From NCBI GenBank assembly GCA_002449785.1, contig DJXP01000004.1, positions 21,607-85,606 on the forward strand: a DNA stretch of 64,000 nt. Reading direction: 5' to 3'. The notes under the pieces are model-generated. The model made no database searches and was not told where the DNA came from. It saw only the letters and a list, made by a program, of their open reading frames with translations. The stretch is from Clostridiales bacterium UBA7001 (GTDB lineage Bacteria; Bacillota; Clostridia; TANB77; CAG-508). This document shows positions 1 through 7,900 of the stretch, piece after piece. Every line of letters starts with the position of its first letter. Position 1 is the first letter of the stretch. Position numbers and translations under genes: made by a program.

Positions 1-356
1 ATAATTTCGAACATTATAGTTCTATGATAGGTTTAACAGTTAATAAGGCTGTTTCAGCAGAAGATGATGCAGATAATTTAACATATGATAATTTAGCTGA
101 AATTGTAAAATATGAAAATAGTGTTGGTAGAAGAAATGTAACTGCAGTACCTGGTAATAGTACACCAATATTAGGAGAATTTATAGGTGGAATAAAAGAG
201 ATAGATTCTAGTGCAACAGAATTAATAACATTTATGCCACCAACAGGTATTGAAGTAGAAGACACAATGCAAAATCAAGTAATAATAGCAGTACTTGCTG
301 GAATAACATTAATTGCAGGAGGAATAATAGTAATTAAAAAGAAAATTTTAAAATAA
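1..356 (+). CDS. C-terminal end of a large cell-surface protein, 5'-truncated by the window edge; its anchor module is paralogous to the C-terminus of the ~2763-aa protein
   Basis: The frame is open from the window edge to TAA at 354-356. '...VSAEDDADNLTYDNLAEIVKYENSVGRR...FMPPTG' plus a hydrophobic helix and KKKILK aligns almost residue for residue with 18411-18716. Confidence 0.8.
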   Translation, partial: NFEHYSSMIGLTVNKAVSAEDDADNLTYDNLAEIVKYENSVGRRNVTAVPGNSTPILGEFIGGIKEIDSSATELITFMPPTGIEVEDTMQNQVIIAVLAGITLIAGGIIVIKKKILK

Positions 357-393
357 AAATATAACCTTTTAATTACTACAAATAACATAAAAA

Positions 394-427
394 GTCACTT
401 GAAACAGTAGTTTTAAGTGGCTTTTTC
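394..427 (+). terminator. Rho-independent terminator after the truncated surface-protein gene
   Basis: A 12-bp imperfect stem (GTCACTTGAAAC / GTTTTAAGTGGC) is followed by TTTTT. Confidence 0.7.
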
Positions 428-469
428 TAATGAAAAATTTACAATATGTCAAAAAATGAGCCTAAAAAC

Positions 470-497
470 TTGAAAAAAAGGAAAAATGTGGTATAAT
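470..497 (+). promoter_or_regulatory. SigA-type promoter for the GC-rich lipoprotein gene
   Basis: TTGAAA (470-475), a 16-nt spacer ending in TGG, then TATAAT (492-497), i.e. an extended -10. Confidence 0.55.
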
Positions 498-501
498 AAT
501 A

Positions 502-587
502 ATGAGGTGCATAGCATATTTGCGCTTCATGTAGCAAAAAATGTCTCTGCTCAACCGAGCAACTGATAAAGAGCAGAGACTGTTTCC
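502..587 (+). promoter_or_regulatory. Structured 5' leader with two hairpins upstream of the lipoprotein RBS
   Basis: Hairpin 1 pairs 502-510 (ATGAGGTGC) with 522-530 (GCGCTTCAT), including 2 G.U pairs. Hairpin 2 is a perfect 10-bp stem (543-552 GTCTCTGCTC / 571-580 GAGCAGAGAC) followed by TGTTTCC. The AGGAGG RBS lies at 593-600. Confidence 0.35.
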
Positions 588-606
588 GAAGAAAGGAGGA
601 TACATT

Positions 607-1029
607 ATGAAAAAGAATCTTCGGAAATTAATGATGACTATTGTCATCATTGCCGTATTCGCTTTTGTTAGCGGTTGCGGTAAGACGCAGCAGGAACAGG
701 CCGATACACAGCAGGAGGCTGTAGAGACCACTACCGAACAGACTGCAGAGGCTGCAACACAGGAGGCTGTCGAGGCCGATACACAGGAGCAGGCCGTTGA
801 GGCCACTACCGAACAGACTGCAGAGGCTGCAACACAGGAGGTCGTCGAGGCCACTACCGAGCAGGTGGCAGAAGAAGCCACCACTGAAGAGGCCAAAGCT
901 GAGTATGACGAAAAAACTCATCGGGTTTACTTCCCCGATGGGTTGTACTTCAATTGGGAGCATGAAGATGCTCCCACTGAAGAAGAGTTAGAAGATCTTC
1001 TTCAGTTTTGGAAGGAGCACACCGAGTGA
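607..1029 (+). CDS. Putative lipoprotein of 140 aa with an acidic T/E/Q/A-rich repeat region; compositionally foreign (GC-rich)
   Basis: An ATG follows the AGGAGG RBS. The signal peptide MKKNLRKLMMTIVIIAVFAFVSG|C carries a lipobox. There are 25-aa tandem repeats (VE.TTEQTAEAATQE.VEA...). GC is about 50-57% against about 25% in the flanks. Confidence 0.75.
   Translation: MKKNLRKLMMTIVIIAVFAFVSGCGKTQQEQADTQQEAVETTTEQTAEAATQEAVEADTQEQAVEATTEQTAEAATQEVVEATTEQVAEEATTEEAKAEYDEKTHRVYFPDGLYFNWEHEDAPTEEELEDLLQFWKEHTE
721..870 (+). repeat. Two tandem copies of a 75-bp in-frame coding repeat inside the lipoprotein gene
   Basis: 721-795 and 796-870 share 'ACTACCGAACAGACTGCAGAGGCTGCAACACAGGAGG' and its flanks. 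Confidence 0.8.
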
Positions 1030-1032
1030 GGT

Positions 1033-1063
1033 GGGGGGGGATTTTGCTGAAGCAAATCCCCCC
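1033..1063 (+). terminator. GC-rich hairpin directly after the lipoprotein stop; a likely terminator with a weak U-tract
   Basis: GGGGGGATTTTGC - TGAA - GCAAATCCCCCC, with one bulged T. Confidence 0.5.
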
Positions 1064-1290
1064 GTTGCTACTTATAATTTTTATAATAAACAATTATACA
1101 AATACAATATAGATTGAAAAAATGGATTAAGAAATGTATATAAATTAAGATATTATAATGCATACTTCTAAATGTAATAAAATTTTGTTTTAAAATATTC
1201 GTAATTGATGACATTGAAGTAAATTTATAGAATTATAAAATAGTTACATTTCTTTATCTTAATAATTAGTTATACGAGGATGTTATATTT

Positions 1291-3267
1291 ATGAAATATT
1301 CAGGGAAAAAAATATCATATTTAATAGCCACCGGATTAATAACGCTTTGCTTAACATCCTCTAATAATTCTAATGCATTAAACAATAGTTTATTTCTGCA
1401 GACAAAATTAGAAGAAAATGAATCTAAAACAATAATACATGTACCAAATGAGATATATGATGAAATAAGAAATAGGTTAAAAGATGAAACAATTATATTA
1501 GACGGAAATTTTTCAGATTATATTTCTGGAATAAATATAGATTATAATCATATTAAAGTTATATTAGTTAACGGTGATGTTATTGAGGAAAATATTAAAC
1601 CTCCTAAAACTATTAATTTTTCAATGTTTTTAAAAGAACCGGGACAATCTATTCAAATAAGTGATTTAAATTTAGATTCTTTTGAAATAAAGAACTCAAT
1701 TATAGATAAATATATGTCTGAAAATCCTAAAGATGCGTTGAATAATATTTTAAATGATGATAATCGAGAATCTTTTCCTCAAATTTCACTTTCAAATCTT
1801 TCTGTTAATGGAGAATTTAAGACAATTTCAAATAACATTATTAAATCAGATGATTCTAACAATTGGCTTAATGGAATTGACTTATCCAATTGTAGAAAAA
1901 TATGGATTTCAAACGGAAAAATCGATGATGATTTTTTGTCTTCTATAAATAATAATGGATTTCTAGATAGTTTAATTTTTACTAATTGTGAATTTATGAA
2001 TAATAATTTTTCAATTGATTCTCAAACATTGAGAGTTTTGTATTTTGATCCAACAAATGATAGCAATATTAATCAAGTAAATCTTTCAAAGTGTCCAAAT
2101 TTACAAATTTGTTCGATTGGAACGGGGACTGCACTAACAAGTATTGATGGACTAAAAAACAATTCACGAATAAGAATGTTATCGTTTGGAAGACCTAGTT
2201 TTCATACCAAGTATAAAAGTTTTGATAAATCTTTTGAAGAAATGACTAATAGCTCTGCCATTCCAATATCACAAGAAGAATTGGGTGAATATGGCATAGG
2301 CTCACCTATGAATACCTTTATAGAGGATATTTCAGCAATACAAAATATGCAAGATTTAGAAGTAATAGATATTACTGCATTAAATTGTGTTTCAGCGGAG
2401 ACTTTATTTGAAACAGTAAAAAAACTACCTAATTTGAAGGCTATTGTTGGTTTAGAGGTTAATAATGCAATTATGTATTCAGACCAATTAGTTACCTATT
2501 GTAATCAAAATAATATAAGACATCCATTTACAGATAGAAGCAAAAAAATAAAGGAAAAAATTGAAGAAATTATTTCTGAAATTATTATACCAGGTATGTC
2601 TGACAGGGAAAAGATTGAAGCAATAACTAGATATATAGTTAATAATGTAACCTATAATTTTGATGCATTAAACGATGATAATAATTCTCCTGAAATGATA
2701 AGAAAAACATGGGGAGAAAAATTAGATATTATTTTTGAAGGAACGGGAGTTTGTGATGGATATGAAGCATTTACACATGCACTTTTACAAGCTGCAAAAG
2801 TGAAATCATATCGTGAGGAAGGATATGCACATACTTGGGAATTAGTATATTTGAATGGGAAATATTATCAATTAGATACAACTAAATTAGATTATTTTTT
2901 AGATGGAAAAAATGATATTGAATTAGAAGAAGGAATGCCATATTATTTAAATGATGAAGATAGTGATACATATCAAGATGCATATATTACAATTGACAAA
3001 GAACAGAAAGGTATCTATCAGTCTGTTTTAAAAGAGATATTATCATACCTTGGAGTTTTATATGATATAGATGAAGAAACATGTACTAAAAATAAATTTT
3101 CGAATGAGAAATCTAAAATAATATCATTGAGATTAATTGATAGTTTATGTAATTCGTGGTCTATAAATGAATTCCAATCATTTATAGATGGTTATCATGA
3201 TAAAATAGAAACTGAAAGCAGTAGAATAGTTAGGGAAGATACTGATGGGAGATGCTTATATGGATAA
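1291..3267 (+). CDS. Secreted protein with an LRR-like N-terminal region and a C-terminal transglutaminase-like cysteine protease domain
   Basis: It has an N-terminal signal peptide and repeated L/I/N-rich segments. The C-terminal 'GVCDGYEAFTHALLQAAKVKSYREEGYAHTWELVYLNGKYYQLDTT' matches the Cys-His-Asp transglutaminase-core pattern. Confidence 0.7.
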   Translation: MKYSGKKISYLIATGLITLCLTSSNNSNALNNSLFLQTKLEENESKTIIHVPNEIYDEIRNRLKDETIILDGNFSDYISGINIDYNHIKVILVNGDVIEENIKPPKTINFSMFLKEPGQSIQISDLNLDSFEIKNSIIDKYMSENPKDALNNILNDDNRESFPQISLSNLSVNGEFKTISNNIIKSDDSNNWLNGIDLSNCRKIWISNGKIDDDFLSSINNNGFLDSLIFTNCEFMNNNFSIDSQTLRVLYFDPTNDSNINQVNLSKCPNLQICSIGTGTALTSIDGLKNNSRIRMLSFGRPSFHTKYKSFDKSFEEMTNSSAIPISQEELGEYGIGSPMNTFIEDISAIQNMQDLEVIDITALNCVSAETLFETVKKLPNLKAIVGLEVNNAIMYSDQLVTYCNQNNIRHPFTDRSKKIKEKIEEIISEIIIPGMSDREKIEAITRYIVNNVTYNFDALNDDNNSPEMIRKTWGEKLDIIFEGTGVCDGYEAFTHALLQAAKVKSYREEGYAHTWELVYLNGKYYQLDTTKLDYFLDGKNDIELEEGMPYYLNDEDSDTYQDAYITIDKEQKGIYQSVLKEILSYLGVLYDIDEETCTKNKFSNEKSKIISLRLIDSLCNSWSINEFQSFIDGYHDKIETESSRIVREDTDGRCLYG

Positions 3268-3499
3268 AATGCAAATTAAAAATTCATGCGTAGAAGTTAT
3301 TCAAATACTAGAGTATGCTCCGCTTGAGGTGAAAAATAAAATTCCGTATAAATTACTTGAAAAAATTAAAGAAAATGCGTCAAAAACACATATATGGAAA
3401 TATAATAAAAATAAAAAATTATCAGAGCAAGAATGTTCAATATATACAAAAATGATTCTTGAGTATATTTATATCAAATATTTAAACAATATAAAATAA
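3260..3499 (+). CDS. Small hypothetical protein, paralogous to the N-terminus of the 51900-52853 product
   Basis: ATG 3260 lies 8 nt after GGGAGA; the ORF track starts it at 3245. It shares the pattern EV(L/I).(Y/I)L...IP.K.LE.....NASK......Y(I/L).YKY(W/L) with 51900. Confidence 0.5.
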   Translation: MDKMQIKNSCVEVIQILEYAPLEVKNKIPYKLLEKIKENASKTHIWKYNKNKKLSEQECSIYTKMILEYIYIKYLNNIK

Positions 3500-3587
3500 T
3501 TGACTAAGAGACATCATTTATAGTTCGAATTTCTGTACTTAGAGGACCCTCTTTTGAATATACTAAAATAAATATATAAAAATAAAA

Positions 3588-3637
3588 AGCTTATGTTGTA
3601 TCTATCATAAAATAGTATATACATAAGCTATTTTTAT
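3588..3637 (+). terminator. Possible terminator with a 9-bp stem and a large loop
   Basis: AGCTTATGT (3588-3596) pairs with ACATAAGCT (3621-3629), followed by ATTTTTAT. The 24-nt loop weakens the call. Confidence 0.35.
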
Positions 3638-3893
3638 AATATAAATTTAGCTTTTAATATTTTTCTGGATTTTTATTTACTATGAATATTAGTCGTTTTT
3701 TCTAATTACAAGTCTTATCTTAGCATAGTGTTTTGAAAAAAATAATAATACAATTCACAGTCAAAATTATTTTATACAAAATGAAAAATGGCTGTGAATA
3801 ATAACGACTTAAATCAAGAGAATAAATATACATTTGTAGAAAAATAAATCTTAAAAATCTCTTGCAAAAAATTAGTCTAATGGTAAAATAATA

Positions 3894-4312
3894 ATGTATA
3901 AAATATTTAATATACAAAAACAAAAGAAAAGAATGATTATAAAAATGAAAAAACAACATGTAATAATGCTAGTTGTAGTAATAGTAATTGTAATAGCAAT
4001 TTGCTTAATAATGATTTTTAGTGGGAATAAATCAAAGCAAGGACAAGATAATAATTCAAATGCGGTTGAATTTAATCCTGAAACTGATTAGGTGAGACAG
4101 TTGATGCTGTTAATCACAATCTAGTTGATGTTTTACAAGAACAAGAAGGAGAAAATCCAGAAGCAAATCCTGAAGCTAACTCTGAAGTAGTAGAAGAAAA
4201 TACAGAAGAAACATCAGAAGTTACTTCTGATGAAGCTGAAACTGAAACTACTGAAGAAGTTGAAACTGAAGTGAATCTTGATGCTGAAGTTGAAGAAGAA
4301 AGTGAAGGATAA
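3894..4312 (+). pseudogene. Membrane-anchored, highly acidic protein split by a frame break at 4089-4091
   Basis: The N-terminal ORF (TM helix; likely start MKKQH at 3945) ends at TAG 4089-4091. A 74-codon stop-free acidic frame without any start codon continues from 4088/4091 to TAA 4310-4312, which is improbable by chance in this AT-rich DNA. Confidence 0.45.
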
Positions 4313-4379
4313 GTGTCAGACAGTGGGACTTAGGTTCTTGTCTGAAAAAATAAAAATGAAAATAAGTTAGTATAAATAA

Positions 4380-4417
4380 AAATACCTTTTTAGAAAAAAT
4401 ACTAAAGAGGTATTTTT
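4380..4417 (+). terminator. Rho-independent terminator
   Basis: A 14-bp stem (AAATACCTTTTTAG / CTAAAGAGGTATTT, 1 mismatch) is followed by a T-run. Confidence 0.7.
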
Positions 4418-4431
4418 AATTTTAAAAGAGT

Positions 4432-4496
4432 GTCCCTTAAGTACAAAAAATTGGACTTTAAGGAACGTCCCTTAGTCCAAAACTTACTTAGGGAAC
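4432..4496. repeat. Cluster of four GTYCCTTA(A)G-type motifs in alternating orientation; possible operator or REP-like element
   Basis: Copies lie at 4432-4444 (+), 4453-4466 (-), 4467-4478 (+) and 4487-4496 (-). The motifs are GC-enriched within AT-rich intergenic DNA upstream of the adhesin operon. Confidence 0.3.
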
Positions 4497-4845
4497 AGCA
4501 GAATACAGGATTTTTTTCTTTCAAAACCTCATTTTTTGTAATCAAAATTTTATATTATTCTTTTAACTTTTATTCGAAATATAACTTCCGTATGTAATTA
4601 TGAAATAAAAAAAATACGAAAATGTTCCTGAAATATTTTTGTAATTGATTATTGCTTTAAAATAAGCTAAAATTCTAATGATATTATATAAATATTAGGT
4701 TAATTTAATACAAAAATATGTAATAAATTACATAAAATGACAAAAAAGTGAACATAAAAAGTATTGCTTTTTGCAAAAAAGCATATATATAAGTAAAAAA
4801 TAAAATAAAAAAATTGAAAAAAAGTCAAAAAAACCCTAAAAATAC

Positions 4846-4874
4846 TTGAAAAAGTTGACATAACGGTGTATAAT
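4846..4874 (+). promoter_or_regulatory. SigA-type promoter of the giant surface-protein operon
   Basis: TTGAAA (4846-4851), a 17-nt spacer, then TATAAT (4869-4874). An AGGAGG RBS lies at about 4950, ahead of ATG 4967. Confidence 0.6.
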
Positions 4875-4966
4875 ATTAAGTGTAGTGTTTAATGGAATAC
4901 TATGTTTTATAAAAATATATAAAATATTATAAGTAAAAAATTGTTATTATAGGAGGAATTAAGATT

Positions 4967-7900
4967 ATGCTAAAAAGTAACATTCAAAAGAAATTACTAG
5001 CTATAATCCTAATATTTACACTAACTTTTGCAAACTTTGCTGTAGTTACAAAAGCATATGCAACAAGTTTTGCAGAAACAATTTTTGGCACAAATTCAGA
5101 CACTGGTCATAAGAATATTGAATTTGATGCTTATTTTGAAACCGAAGGGAATAAAGTAACTTCGGTTATTAGTGATGTAAATAATAAAGATTTAGCTATT
5201 AAATTTGATTTAGGAGTAAGAGATAGTGGTTATTTAAAAAATGCTAAAGTCGAATTACTTGGATCAGATGAAAACAAATTGAATTTTGAAGTTGAAAAAT
5301 ACGAAGAAAATTCAATAACTGCTGAAAAAGAAGTAAAAAAATCAGTAGAAAAAATTGAAGTGGAGAATACATCAGAAAATGTAATTGAAGAAAATCTTAT
5401 AGAAGAAACAGAAAATAATGAAATTACAGAAATTACTGAAATTAATTCGAAAGATTCTGAAAATGTTATCTCAGAAAATGATATATCAAAAATTAATGAA
5501 GAAGATAATTCAGAAATTACTATTAATGATGAAACAAATTCAGTTACAAATGAAATCAGTGAAGAAGTAGAAAATTCAGTAGCCAATGAAAATGTTTCAA
5601 GTGATGAAAATGAAGTAATTAAAGATGAAGAAATTAATACAACAAGTGAAGAAACAGAAACTGAAGAAGAAATAATTGAGAACATATTTAATTCTGAATA
5701 TGTTCAAAACTTTGAAGATAATGTTTTAACATTTGTTCAAATTAATAGTACATCAGATGTAAGCATCGATTTACCAATAAGGTACAAAAATGAAGCATAT
5801 GTATCTAATGATGAAATATCAAATGATGTTACAGTTAGATTTAGCGGTATATATGTAGATAGTCAAGGTAAAGAAATTGCAGTTGAAAAAGAAGAAGTTT
5901 TAACTGTTTCTTGGAAAGATGAAAGAGATATAAATGTTGAATCTGGTGTTACAAAATATATAGATTTTGGAGCAGGAGTTATTTTACAAACAATAGTAAG
6001 AGTAGATTCAAGCAAAAATGGAAATAGGTTACCAATTAAATCTACTACTATTGAAGCAAAAGCTCCTATTTTAGCTGGTATAGCACCTAATAATGTAGTA
6101 GTAGTAGCTAATAGCTTAGAAGGAACTAATGGTGAAAATGCTGGAAATCTTACATTTAATGAAAATAATTGGTCTTATAATAACGAAGAAAATAAAGTTT
6201 TAATAAATGTAGAAAATAATTCAAAAGTAGTTAAAGAAAGTGAATATAGTGAAGAATTCTTAAAAGATGGTGAAAAAGAAAAAGAAGGATATTATAATGC
6301 AAATGGTGTTGATGAATATTTAATAACATATACATATTCAAATATAAGCATTGATAATATTGAAGAAATAACAGATTCTGAAATAAAAATAAATGTACTT
6401 AATATCGCAGATGGATTATTTTTAAATGAAAATAGTTATAGATATGAATTAGGAACTAATAAAGGAGAAATTGTTTCATTTAACAAGGTAAATGAAACAG
6501 TTGAAATTTCAAAAGCATATGAATATATAAACTATAGTAACAATAATAAATATGAAATAGAACTTGCGAATGATGCAGTTATAAACGTATCTTATAAAGA
6601 TATAATAAAAGATTTAAAATTGGAAGATGTATCAAATAAATATATAGATAAAGAAGGAAATGAAATAGAAACAGATGATACATATTATAAAAGAATAGAA
6701 ATATCTAAAGAAAACTTTGATAAGATGCTAGGAGATGCGGGTGAAATCAAAGTATTAGATGAACAAGGAAATGAAATAGGAATTATAAATAATTCTACAG
6801 TAGCAAATGAAGAAGGAAATATAGTTTTAAATATAGAAGGAAGATATTCAAAATTAAATTATGAAATAACAAAACCAATAGCAGAAGGAAACATAGTAAT
6901 AAGAAATATTAAAGTATTATCAGATTTAAGTATAGATAAATCTGGATTAATAAACATGGCAAAAATAGCATCAAAAACAAAATTAAAAGCAGATTATGAA
7001 TATGTAGAAGAAACAGTAGAAGTAGAAGAAAAAGAAATAGAAACAGAATTAAAAGATACATCAAGTAGAGCTAATATAATATTAGATAGAGAAAGTTTAT
7101 CAACACTTTCATTAAATGAAAATGTAGAAATAAGAATAGATTTAAATAATGCTAGATTAGAATCAGACATATATGGACATTCAGTATTTGAAATAGAATT
7201 ACCAGAATATATAGAATCTTTAGAAATAACAAATACAAAAATGTTATATGGAGAAGGATTAGAAATAACAGATATTGTAGCAGAAGGAAGAATAATAAGA
7301 ATAACAGTAGATGGAGTACAAAAAGAAATAAATACTGGTGAATTAAATTCAACAAATATAGTAATGAATGCAAATATAAAAGTAAACTTATATACACCAG
7401 CTAAGAAAGAGCAAGTAAAATTAAGATATACAAATGATGAAGCTACAAACTATGAAAATAATGGAGAAGATGCTTATGAAGTAAGTTATTCAGCACCTAC
7501 TGGACTTGTAGCAGTAAATAGCATAGAAGGATATAATAATGAAGCAAAAATACAATCAGTAAGACAAGGAAAGAAAACAGATTTAATAGATATATATGCA
7601 GAAAGAAAAGAAGCTACTCAAGAGATTATAGTAATGAATAATAATGGAAATGAGATATCAAATGTAAAAATACTAGGAAGATTTCCATTTAAAGGAGCAC
7701 AAGACATATTAACAGGAGACAATTTAGGAACAACGCTAGACGCAAGAATATTATCAGGAATAACAGGAGATGAAAGAAATAGAGGAAACTTTAAAATATA
7801 TTATTCAGAAAACGGAGAAGCAACAGAAGAATTAGAAAACAGTGAAAATGGATGGCAAGAAGAAGTAGAAAGTTTAGAAAATATAAAATCATATTTAATA

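Noticed and set aside
541-606. Upstream extension of the lipoprotein ORF (MSLLNRATDKEQRLFPKKGGYI...)
   Set aside because: The extension covers the leader hairpin and the AGGAGG RBS. ATG 607 gives a canonical lipoprotein signal peptide.
462-991. ORFs 462-896 (-), 628-963 (-) and 797-991 (+) within the GC-rich island
   Set aside because: GC-rich DNA has few stop codons in any frame. The + strand lipoprotein frame has an RBS, a signal peptide/lipobox and in-phase repeats, whereas the others are Cys/Ser/Leu-rich shadows.
492-1091. Short direct repeat 'TATAATAA' near both borders of the GC island as a possible target-site duplication
   Set aside because: An 8-bp A/T-only match is expected by chance in this genome, and one copy is the promoter -10 box.
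5230-5685. A 151-aa minus-strand ORF, plus many similar antisense ORFs inside the giant genes (e.g. 7152-7397, 8017-8268, 12292-12525, 13481-13759, 16373-16660, 17423-17725, 59345-59632, 60050-60373, 61310-62041)
   Set aside because: They lie entirely antisense to long, well-supported sense ORFs. They have low-complexity S/F/L/I-rich translations typical of the reverse complement of E/K/N-rich coding DNA, and they lack RBSs, so they are shadow ORFs.
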